A stretch of 62,946 nt of DNA, filler included, from Octopus bimaculoides (lineage: Eukaryota): the NCBI RefSeq assembly GCF_001194135.2. It is 8 parts of 7 records of this genome, joined end to end, with 100 filler letters (N's around TTAATTAATTAA, not from the genome) between each part and the next. Parts side by side here need not be neighbours in the genome. Positions count along the whole stretch, not along the records: positions 1 to 13,774 come from NC_068996.1; 7 more parts are not named here. The stretch is one strand, 5' to 3'. Position numbers and translations under genes: made by a program. Position 1 is the first letter of the stretch; each line of letters opens with the position of its first letter. Below are positions 1 to 10,566 of the stretch, in pieces. The notes under the pieces were generated by a model. It was not told where the DNA came from, ran no database searches, and worked only from the letters and a program-made list of their open reading frames with translations.

Positions 1-360
1 CTCTCTTTCTCCTCCCTCTTTCTTTCTCTCTCTCATCCTCTCTCTCTCTCTCTCTCTCGCTCTTATCCTCTCTCTCTCTCTCTCGCCCTCATCCTCTCTC
101 TCTCTCGCTCTTATCCTCTCTCTCTCTCGCTCTTATCCTCTCTCTCTCTCGCCCTCATCCTCTCTCTGTCTCTCGCTCTCGTCCTCTCTCTCTCTCTCTC
201 TCTCTCTCGCTCTCATCCTCTCTCTCTCTCTCTTTCTCTCTCACTCTCTAGCTCTCAGTTTTCCACAGAACCTTACAAATTCATCTCATAACTCTTCTCT
301 CTCTCCCTCTCTTTCCCACTCCCTCTCTTACCCTCTCTCTCTCTCTCACTCTTTCGCTGT
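1..360. repeat. Compound (CT)n microsatellite with recurring ctcgctcttatcctc variants
   Basis: Seen directly in sequence. Confidence 0.95.
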
Positions 361-749
361 CTTTCTCCCTGAGTTCCTCTTAGACTCTCACAAGACCCTA
401 ATATCAAGTTCTCGTGTGACCCTTTACTTCTGTACAGCACACTTTATTAAACCTCCAGTTTAAACAACGTTTGTTAACATGATCAAAATGTCAAAGGTTG
501 GCTAATTAACAAAATTAGGCGACGTTCGTTTTCCTTTTCTAATTTTTTTCTTTTTTCAAGAAATGGCTACAACCATATAAAATCAAGTTGGAATAAAGGA
601 CACCAATAGCTTTTATCAAATTATTCTTCTAATACAAGTAAACTCCTTCTTATCCGGTACTCAAATAACCGGAACTCTCAAGCAACCGGCTTACAGAAAA
701 AAAGATAAGAAAGAAAAGAAAATGTGTTGTTAATTAAATTCAAGAGAAA

Positions 750-1890
750 GGCAATAAGCTGGCAGAATCGTGAGTGCGTCGAACAAAATAATAACAACAT
801 TTCATGACGATTTACGTTCTCAGTTCAAACTCCACCGAGGTTGACTGCTTTCGAACCCTTTTCGGGTCAATAAAATAAGTTTAGACGCGGAAGTGGCTGT
901 GTGATGAGAAGTTTGCTTCCCAACCACACAGTTCCGGGTTCAGTCCCACGGCGTGGTACCTTGCGCAAATGTTTTCTAATGTAGCCTCAGGTCGACTAAA
1001 GCCTTATGAGTGAATTTGGTAGACGGAAACTGAAAGAAGCTTGTTGTGTGTGTGTGTACATATATATATATATATATATATGCATATATATATATATATA
1101 TATATNNNNNNNNNNNNNNNNNNNNNNNNNNNNNNNNNNNNNNNNNNNNNNNNNNNNNNNNNNNNNNNNNNNNNNNNNNNNNNNNNNNNNNNNNNNNNNN
1201 NNNNNNNNNNNNNNNNNNNNNNNNNNNNNNNNNNNNNNNNNNNNNNNNNNNNNNNNNNNNNNNNNNNNNNNNNNNNNNNNNNNNNNNNNNNNNNNNNNNN
1301 NNNNNNNNNNNNNNNNNNNNNNNNNNNNNNNNNNNNNNNNNNNNNNNNNNNNNNNNNNNNNNNNNNNNNNNNNNNNNNNNNNNNNNNNNNNNNNNNNNNN
1401 NNNNNNNNNNNNNNNNNNNNNNNNNNNNNNNNNNNNNNNNNNNNNNNNNNNNNNNNNNNNNNNNNNNNNNNNNNNNNNNNNNNNNNNNNNNNNNNNNNNN
1501 NNNNNNNNNNNNNNNNNNNNNNNNNNNNNNNNNNNNNNNNNNNNNNNNNNNNNNNNNNNNNNNNNNNNNNNNNNNNNNNNNNNNNNNNNNNNNNNNNNNN
1601 NNNNNNNNNNNNNNNNNNNNNNNNNNNNNNNNNNNNNNNNNNNNNNNNNNNNNNNNNNNNNNNNNNNNNNNNNNNNNNNNNNNNNNNNNNNNNNNNNNNN
1701 NNNNNNNNNNNNNNNNNNNNNNNNNNNNNNNNNNNNNNNNNNNNNNNNNNNNNNNNNNNNNNNNNNNNNNNNNNNNNNNNNNNNNNNNNNNNNNNNNNNN
1801 NNNNNNNNNNNNNNNNNNNACTGGAATTGATGCAATCGACACGGATACCCGCCCAAAATTTCAGACCGTCTGCCCATAACAGAAAGAATT
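750..1890 (+). mobile_element. tRNA-derived SINE family B, split by a family A insertion and a gap
   Basis: Head ggcaataagctggcagaatcg...gttctcagttcaaactccaccgaggttgac...aaataagt at 750-880. Matching tail ctggaattgatgcaatcgac...cccataacagaaagaatta at 1820-1890. Homologous to the copies at 18733, 31685, 51933 and 52194. Confidence 0.75.
884..1105 (+). mobile_element. tRNA-derived SINE family A, 5' half, ends at gap
   Basis: A-box-like gtggctgtgtgatgag, B-box-like gggttcagtccc, then ggtagacggaaactgaaagaagc and an internal microsatellite. Matches copies at 3978, 32699 and 35008. Confidence 0.9.
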
Positions 1891-1891
1891 A

Positions 1892-2179
1892 CCGTATTTG
1901 ATGGCCACGCACCTTTTTTTTTCTTCTTTTTACCCCAAAATGGCTTTAAAAACCCCCTGCGTCCAATACACTCAATGTAGGCTCAAAACTCAATGTAGGC
2001 TCAAAACTCAATGTAGGCTCAAAACTCAACGTAAGCTCAAAACTCAATGTAGGCTCAAAGTTATACAGGTAAGTGGAGAAATTAAAACATTATTTTAGTG
2101 GTAATTTATTTTACAAAAGTATAGCCTAGGCTAGGGTGCATTCTATACACTTGTGCGTCTTGTAGCCCATCAAATGTGG
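1892..2179. mobile_element. Tc1/mariner-superfamily (Tc2-like) MITE with internal 18-bp tandem array
   Basis: Imperfect TIRs ccgtatttgatgg...acgcac / gtgcgt...ccatcaaatgtgg. TA flanks at 1890-1891 and 2180-2181. Confidence 0.7.
1971..2060 (+). repeat. 18-bp tandem repeat ctcaatgtaggctcaaaa x5
   Basis: Five contiguous units with no spacers; the fourth has 2 substitutions. Confidence 0.95.
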
Positions 2180-2580
2180 TAGATTCAAGATAATTTGTGT
2201 TAATTAATAATTGTCATTTAAAAATGTTTCTTATGTGTCTAAAATGGATCGTTGCTTCCATTTATAGTACCTGTATTTTATTAGTTTAATAGAACTTGTT
2301 CTTTAATTTGTTATATTTTTATTTCTTACTCTTTCTCTCATTTCTATGTTAATGTCAATCACAGATGCATATACATAGGGTTTTAATGAGTTCTTCCCCC
2401 GGGTAGGGGTAGTTTACTGTATTACTTAAAACAATTTACTAATACATCTTGATCTACCTTTCATACATATTGTTAGTTTGTTATTCTCAAGTACACAGAT
2501 TACAAAATATTTGCATTCAACGTACATTCTAATGTGATTAGCAATTTCACACGTGCGAAACCGTGTTCATAAAATGATGA

Positions 2581-2600
2581 TGAGGATAATAATAATAATA

Positions 2601-2651
<51 letters not shown>

Positions 2652-2706
2652 GTTATTATTATTATTGTTGTTATTATTATTATTATCATTATTATTATTA
2701 TTATTG
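2581..2706. repeat. (AAT)n/(ATT)n microsatellite
   Basis: Seen directly in sequence. Confidence 0.95.
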
Positions 2707-3419
2707 CTGAAGGCACTACACAGAGTCTATAGGAAGACAAGTGTCAATAAAAACCTGGTAATTGCTATTCCCACAGAAAAAATTAATTATCTTTTATAGA
2801 GAATATTGTCTTTCAAATGTATTTTTCTGCTACCGGTGTCTGAGAGTGTTGGNNNNNNNNNNAGAGTCTATAGGAAGACAAGTGTCAATAAAAACCTGGT
2901 AATTGCTATTCCCACAGAAAAAATTAATTATCTTTTATAGAGAATATTGTCTTTCAAATGTATTTTTCTGCTACCGGTGTCTGAGAGTGTTGGAAGGTTT
3001 CCTTCAGTCGCTTCTCAATGCCTCTTGTTCAAAGAACTTTGTCTTTCTTCATTCTTCTCGCGCTCCGTCTTTCATTTTCTTTCTTTTTTTTTTTTTTCTT
3101 TCCTTTTGCGTTTCTCGGAATATCTAACACATTGTTTCTTCTGTCTTTTGTCTTGAGGGTTGTGGTAATTTCTTTGTAGTTTGGATTTATTCGCTCGCCA
3201 CCCGTCCAATAATTGTTTCCTGTGTGAATAAAATATTTCCTTTTCTTCTTTATCTTTTTCTTGTCTTTTCTTTTTTTCGCGTTTCTCAAAACTCGGAAAT
3301 CTATTCTCCAATAGCATCACATCTGTTGATTCAATGCTAATTTTATGGTCTTTGAACTATTTGTTTATTTATCTAATTATTATTTTATATCATATTTGTT
3401 AAACATTACTTACAAATTT

Positions 3420-3900
3420 CCAACGCGCCTTTCGCCAGTTCACTGCATTCTTCTGCCAGAGAGAATGATAAGAGGGAGTGTCAGTAACTCGATGTAGAAC
3501 AAATATAGCAAGGTGAACATCTTCAAAATATCTTAAATATCTCCAAAAGTTGTACGCACGCATACAAACATACATGCACGCATACAAACATACATGCATA
3601 CATACATACATACATGACACATACATACATACATAACACATACATACATAACACATATATACATACATACATAACACATACATACATACATATATACATA
3701 CATACATACATACATACGTACATACGTACATACATATATACATGCATGCATCCAGACACATAAATGCGTTAGAAGAGGTTGACTGGCCCATAACAGTGTG
3801 GAAGACATCGCCCATATTCTCAGCGGCTGTCCAAATATATCTGCAAAATACTACATTCCCATGAGACATGACGTCGTCGACAATCTCAACAATCAAGAAT
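3420..3900 (+). mobile_element. Decayed RLE-type non-LTR retrotransposon fragment (zinc-knuckle region), split by (TACA)n
   Basis: About 3790-3880 translates HNSVEDIAHILSGCPNISAKYYIPMRHDVV, homologous to EDITHIISSCPKMSLRYYLLMRRDIVA near 34050. The left part is less certain. Confidence 0.75.
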
Positions 3901-3977
3901 TCTTCCGAAGTAGACACGAGTTTCCGCCTCAACAAACGTCATCAGTATGATAATTGTCCTAACCTATGCTAACGTTA

Positions 3978-4131
3978 GGCACAGGCGTAGCTGTGTGGTA
4001 AGAAGCTTGCTTCCCTACCACACGGTTCCAGTGCCACTGCGTGGCAGCTTGGGCAAATGTATTCTACTATAGCTTCAGGCCGAACAAAGCCTTGCAAGTG
4101 GATTTTGTAGACAAAAACTGAAGGTTGCCAG

Positions 4132-4166
<35 letters not shown>

Positions 4167-4173
4167 TGTGTTT

Positions 4174-4217
<44 letters not shown>

Positions 4218-4477
4218 GTGTGTGTGTGCGCGCGTGTGTGTTTACACCTGTGTGAGTTCTTTGTGTCTGTGTTTGTCCTCACCACCATCACCACTGCTTG
4301 ACAACCCGTGTTGGTGTGTTTACGTCCCCCGTAACTTAGTGGTTCGGCAGAGAGATCGATAGAATAAGTTCCAAGCTTTAAAAAAAAGTACTGGGGTCGA
4401 TTCATTCGACTAAAAATTCTTCAAGACGGTGCCCCAGCATGGCCGTAGTCTAATGACTGAAGCAAGTAAAAGATAAA
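3978..4477 (+). mobile_element. SINE family A, full length
   Basis: tRNA-like head ggcacaggcgtagctgtgtggtaag, central (TG)n, and 3' half ending atggccgtagtctaatgactgaagcaagtaaaag. Confidence 0.92.
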
Positions 4478-5568
4478 TTACCTAGGCTATGAATGTGTTC
4501 CATTCTTCTCATATTAAGTCACTCTCTCTTAACTATTGAAGATAAGATGACACAACTGTTGTGCTGATGAAGCTTATCGAGGCAGAAAGCCGTGTCCAGG
4601 GCTATCTTATCTCCTGGTTATAAGACTATCCTTTTTCTAAATATCGTGTCAAACAGGGAGAAATTCTTGAATCTCACGGTTACCTCCCCTTCTCGTATGG
4701 AGCTGGTCTTAACTGCTATTTGGTAAGTACGGTACATCCTCTAGAAACTAGAACGCCTTTAATAGATGAAGAATTCATTTTGCATGGTATTTCATAAACC
4801 TGTAACTGTCAACGTTGTGTCTATTGCGTAATCCTTTTCTGTCTGTTTTCTTTATTGTTTCAGCTAGATTCTCCTTAAAGATATCTCTCTGGTTGATATC
4901 TGTTGCAGTGTTGTTATTTTAGTTTTGTTTTTGTTTTGCTTTTTTTGTTTTTTTTTTCCTTTGTCAAATGGCAAGTCGAAGATATAATTTCGTTGTAACT
5001 GTGTATTTGGGTGAATATCTCTATAATCACATCACATCTACTCGAATCTTAGTACGTTTGTCATCGTTTCTGTCTTTGACTTGTCGCACTGCCTTGTTTG
5101 TTTCTTTCGTCGTGGGTTCTTTTAACATTTTCGTTGTTGCTGCTGTTNNNNNNNNNNNNNNNNNNNNNNNNNNNNNNNNNNNNNNNNNNNNNNNNNNNNN
5201 NNNNNNNNNNNNNNNNNNNNNNNNNNNNNNNNNNNNNNNNNNNNNNNNNNNNNNNNNNNNNNNNNNNNNNNNNNNNNNNNNNNNNNNNNNNNNNNNNNNN
5301 NNNNNNNNNNNNNNNNNNNNNNNNNNNNNNNNNNNNNNNNNNNNNNNNNNNNNNNNNNNNNNNNNNNNNNNNNNNNNNNNNNNNNNNNNNNNNNNNNNNN
5401 NNNNNNNNNNNNNNNNNNNNNNNNNNNNNNNNNNNNNNNNNNNNNNNNNNNNNNNNNNNNNNNNNNNNNNNNNNNNNNNNNNNNNNNNNNNNNNNNNNNN
5501 NNNNNNNNNNNNNNNNNNNNNNNNNNNNNNNNNNNNNNNNNNNNNNNNNNNNNNNNNNNNNNNNNNNN

Positions 5569-5880
5569 TAAAGAGTAAAAGAGTAATATACATACATATA
5601 TACGTATGTATGTATGTATGTATGTGTGTGTGTGTCTGTGTGTATGTCCCCCAACATTGCTTGACAACCGATGCTGGTGGGTTTACGTCCCCGTAACTTA
5701 GCAGTTCGGTAAAAGAGACCAATAGAATAAGTACTAGGCATCCAAAGAATAAGTCCTGGGGTCGATTTGCTCGACTAAAGGCGGTGCTTCAGCATGGCCA
5801 CAGTCAAATGACTGAAACAAGTTAAAGAGTAAAAGAGTAATATACATACATATATACGTATGTATGTATGTATGTATGTA
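5569..5880 (+). mobile_element. SINE family A 3' half in tandem, 254-bp period
   Basis: A 57-bp tail plus microsatellite is identical at 5569-5625 and 5823-5879, with the SINE 3' half between them. Confidence 0.85.
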
Positions 5881-6702
5881 TATATGTAAAACAGAGTGGC
5901 TTCAACAGTGCTGTTATTGTTCTTATTCTGTTTTGTAAGACACTGTATTTTTTAGAGAGAGAGAAAGAGAGAGAGGGGGGGTGAGGAGAGTCGGGTTGCC
6001 TGTTTTTGTGTCCATCGTTGTTATTCAATGGTTTCCGATGAGATCTTTTGTTTCTTTTACGTTGTCTTTATACAGCATTGACCATGATTTTATCGTATTA
6101 TTTTTCATTCTATTTATTCATTTTTAGCGTATTTATTTTCCTTTGGCCTGTTTTTCTTTTCTTTTCCTATGACGTGTCTTGTTTTGAGTTACTGGGATGT
6201 GATTCAATATTTGTTCTACTGAAATATATTATTTTTCTGGTTTCGGTTCATTTGTTCTATATCCTTTTTACTATTTTTCTCGAGACGTAAAACTAGAATT
6301 ACTTTCTTTTCTAACATTTTTCTGGTTTTTTTTTAAGCCAAGGCTCGTTGATTACAAGCGGCATTATTTCAGAGAGCCTGTTTATCTCGTCTCGGTTTGG
6401 TAATCTAGGTGTTTCGCATGTTGAATGAATCGTTTCGTTGGAGTTGTTTCCTGCTTCATTATCGTTCAAAAGTTGTTGAACATACAGTAATATTACACAC
6501 ACACACACACACACACATGCATATATATGCTTATACACGCACTCAAGAAAGTATGTATATTAGTATCTCAAATACACGTATATCTTATTATTAGGAGGTA
6601 AACTCTCCTATATGTAAACCACGTATCTACCAATAAAACAAATGATATCACTGCGTCGATGCGCATATAACTACATACACACGGATATTTACATACAAAG
6701 TA

Positions 6703-6738
<36 letters not shown>

Positions 6739-7342
6739 NNNNNNNNNNNNNNNNNNNNNNNNNNNNNNNNNNNNNNNNNNNNNNNNNNNNNNNNNNNNNN
6801 NNNNNNNNNNNNNNNNNNNNNNNNNNNNNNNNNNNNNNNNNNNNNNNNNNNNNNNNNNNNNNNNNNNNNNNNNNNNNNNNNNNNNNNNNNNNNNNNNNNN
6901 NNNNNNNNNNNNNNNNNNNNNNNNNNNNNNNNNNNNNNNNNNNNNNNNNNNNNNNNNNNNNNNNNNNNNNNNNNNNNNNNNNNNNNNNNNNNNNNNNNNN
7001 NNNNNNNNNNNNNNNNNNNNNNNNNNNNNNNNNNNNNNNNNNNNNNNNNNNNNNNNNNNNNNNNNNNNNNNNNNNNNNNNNNNNNNNNNNNNNNNNNNNN
7101 NNNNNNNNNNNNNNNNNNNNNNNNNNNNNNNNNNNNNNNNNNNNNNNNNNNNNNNNNNNNNNNNNNNNNNNNNNNNNNNNNNNNNNNNNNNNNNNNNNNN
7201 NNNNNNNNNNNNNNNNNNNNNNNNNNNNNNNNNNNNNNNNNNNNNNNNNNNNNNNNNNNNNNNNNNNNNNNNNNNNNNNNNNNNNNNNNNNNNNNNNNNN
7301 NNNNNNNNNNNNNNNNNNNNNNNNNNNNNNNNNNNNNNNNNN

Positions 7343-7408
<66 letters not shown>

Positions 7409-7766
7409 TGTGTGCGTGCGTGTATAAGGTTAGTTGAGTTAGAGGTTAAAATAACCGTCTAAGGGACAGAGGTAACCATTACACAACGGTATATTACCTA
7501 TGTTTAACCATGGGCATACGTGTGCAAGCATATTATGCTCATAAATTATAGGTAAAGACAAGGATAAACAGGAGTTTATCAAGAATCAGAATTTAAAGAA
7601 AACAGAAAATGGAGAAGTACTGATGAACAACGATTGACTAGCATCAATTAAATAAATAATAGATAATAATTAATGTAAGTCAATTGTTGTTCATTAGTAC
7701 TTATCCATTTTCTGTTTTCTTTATATATGTATATGTCTGTATGTATGTATGTATGTATGCATGTAT

Positions 7767-7802
<36 letters not shown>

Positions 7803-7814
7803 TTATTTATTTAT

Positions 7815-7958
7815 TTTCTCTTATTCCTTTTTGTTGAAGAGTGTAGGCTCGAAACGTAAAAGTCTTTTTCATTTTCCCGAGTGTCAAACTAATACACCTG
7901 CTTGTTGTTTATACGCCTGTCTTCGTCTTTTGTTGTCTATAAATTTCAACTATATATA
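7815..7958 (+). mobile_element. Probable Penelope-like element terminus with a degenerate hammerhead-like core
   Basis: TTGAAGA-GTGTAGGCTC-GAAACGTA resembles the CTGANGA...GAAAC motif of PLE terminal repeats. Family assignment is inference. Confidence 0.45.
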
Positions 7959-8289
7959 NNNNNNNNNNNNNNNNNNNNNNNNNNNNNNNNNNNNNNNNNN
8001 NNNNNNNNNNNNNNNNNNNNNNNNNNNNNNNNNNNNNNNNNNNNNNNNNNNNNNNNNNNNNNNNNNNNNNNNNNNNNNNNNNNNNNNNNNNNNNNNNNNN
8101 NNNNNNNNNNNNNNNNNNNNNNNNNNNNNNNNNNNNNNNNNNNNNNNNNNNNNNNNNNNNNNNNNNNNNNNNNNNNNNNNNNNNNNNNNNNNNNNNNNNN
8201 NNNNNNNNNNNNNNNNNNNNNNNNNNNNNNNNNNNNNNNNNNNNNNNNNNNNNNNNNNNNNNNNNNNNNNNNNNNNNNNNNNNNNNNNN

Positions 8290-8323
<34 letters not shown>

Positions 8324-8624
8324 TACTGTTCCGTTAAGGTAAGATCAACAAAAAAGTATTCCACTTTGTAAGGTAAATATCATTTAATGTACATAGTATA
8401 AAGATACGAGCTACTAATAGTTACATGCATTGGAGACGCGAGTTTAGATAAATTTTTATAACACGCCTTAAGACTCCAAGCAATGTTTAGGTTCTGAGCA
8501 CATGACCTATTCAATTTACAAATCAGGGCGCTGGAACAAGAGAAACCACGAGAAAAAAACGAGAAGGTAGATGCAAAAAGTGAAAGGATGAAAAACAAAA
8601 CAGAAAAAGAAAAGGAAAAATTAC

Positions 8625-8866
8625 ATTTATGTCTTCTTTGACCGTAAAGCCATAATACAGCCAGCTGTTGTAGAATAATTCAAAAGAGATGGGTCCAGAT
8701 TCTGCGAGACAGCTGCTCAGTCCGGACGGTGATGTCCTCCAATTCACCAAAAGGAATTTGTCCATAAGTTTGCCTTTTCTGAAAATTTCTAATCTGGAAT
8801 TCAGTAGTACATAAGATAAATCTAAAGCTGTTTGGCTGAAGAAGATTGCCTTGACATATTTCATGG
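8625..8866 (-). CDS. Candidate coding exon of an unidentified gene
   Basis: Non-repetitive. Open frame MKYVKAIFF...DKFLLVNWRTSPSGLSSCLAESGPISFELFYNSWLYYGFTVKEDIN ends at donor GTAATT (8624). A 93-nt pyrimidine-rich intron follows, ending TTCCAG (8532). Upstream donor CAG|GTAAGT at 8925/8924. No homology recognised. Confidence 0.35.
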
Positions 8867-9183
8867 CTGAGAGAACTCCAATGCTATCATTTTTTTTTTA
8901 TAACAATCACTCACAGGTACTTACCTGAATTGGATAGACTTACTTATACACCTTACTTTATTTGGTAGCGTGATTAAATACGTAATACATATAAATGTTC
9001 TTAATCATCTTTTCTAAAAGCCAAAATAATGCAAACCATAGACATGATACAGGTCGATGGTTTTACTGGGTATTTCAATACTTCAGGGTTAAGCTCTCTT
9101 CTTCAGGAAACGTATTGAGAACAAATGTTATTAGCTGCTTTTTCTGTGCTGTAGTAGTGACGGTGTATGAAGAGTTGTTTTGC

Positions 9184-9197
9184 GTTGCTATAGTAAC
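9184..9197. promoter_or_regulatory. RFX X-box match GTTGCTATAGTAAC
   Basis: Exact match to the palindromic consensus GTTRCY-AT-RGYAAC, outside any repeat I recognise. Confidence 0.5.
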
Positions 9198-10409
9198 CAA
9201 CCAACCGCATGGTGGTTATATTTGTTAATTTCTTTTATTCTCAAGTTTCCAATGTTTCTGCGGCTTCGATAGAACCCTTGATGTCTTAGGTGTAGCATTC
9301 TTGTACGTGTTTTTTTGACGGATGCATTAGCGTAGAGGTGTTCTTTAACCTGTGTGCGTACTTGTTTGATGTAATAAATATTTGTTAGCATAAACTGCGT
9401 GTAATAAAAAAAAAATCCAGGGTAAATTTAATGTAATTTACATGTTAACTCCTATACCGTGGGAAATAAGCAAAGTGTGAATGCATCANNNNNNNNNNNN
9501 NNNNNNNNNNNNNNNNNNNNNNNNNNNNNNNNNNNNNNNNNNNNNNNNNNNNNNNNNNNNNNNNNNNNNNNNNNNNNNNNNNNNNNNNNNNNNNNNNNNN
9601 NNNNNNNNNNNNNNNNNNNNNNNNNNNNNNNNNNNNNNNNNNNNNNNNNNNNNNNNNNNNNNNNNNNNNNNNNNNNNNNNNNNNNNNNNNNNNNNNNNNN
9701 NNNNNNNNNNNNNNNNNNNNNNNNNNNNNNNNNNNNNNNNNNNNNNNNNNNNNNNNNNNNNNNNNNNNNNNNNNNNNNNNNNNNNNNNNNNNNNNNNNNN
9801 NNNNNNNNNNNNNNNNNNNNNNNNNNNNNNNNNNNNNNNNNNNNNNNNNNNNNNNNNNNNNNNNNNNNNNNNNNNNNNNNNNNNNNNNNNNNNNNNNNNN
9901 NNNNNNNNNNNNNNNNNNNNNNNNNNNNNNNNNNNNNNNNNNNNNNNNNNNNNNNNNNNNNNNNNNNNNNNNNNNNNNNNNNNNNNNNNNNNNNNNNNNN
10001 NNNNNNNNNNNNNNNNNNNNNNNNNNNNNNNNNNNNNNNNNNNNNNNNNNNNNNNNNNNNNNNNNNNNNNNNNNNNNNNNNNNNNNNNNNNNNNNNNNNN
10101 NNNNNNNNNNNNNNNNNNNNNNNNNNNNNNNNNNNNNNNNNNNNNNNNNNNNNNNNNNNNNNNNNNNNNNNNNNNNNNNNNNNNNNNNNNNNNNNNNNNN
10201 NNNNNNNNNNNNNNNNNNNNNNNNNNNNNNNNNNNNNNNNNNNNNNNNNNNNNNNNNNNNNNNNNNNNNNNNNNNNNNNNNNNNNNNNNNNNNNNNNNNN
10301 NNNNNNNNNNNNATATATATATATATATATATATATACATACATATATAGATACAGACATATATACATATATATATATATTACATATATATATTATATAT
10401 ATATACATG

Positions 10410-10457
<48 letters not shown>

Positions 10458-10517
10458 CATGCGTGTGTTTATGTGTATACACCCCCGCGCACACACACAC
10501 ATTATATATATACATAC

Positions 10518-10566
<49 letters not shown>

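Noticed and set aside
1971-2060. CRISPR-like regular repeat
   Set aside because: Units are contiguous with no spacers, lie inside a MITE, are in eukaryotic DNA, and there are no cas genes.
2722-2993. Identical 131-bp direct duplication
   Set aside because: The copies sit on either side of a 10-N gap (2853-2862), the typical contig-overlap artefact.
3399-3935. Minus-strand ORF ending at an apparent GTAAGT donor (...WRKARWKF)
   Set aside because: It spans a microsatellite and is antisense to an RLE-LINE zinc-knuckle remnant.
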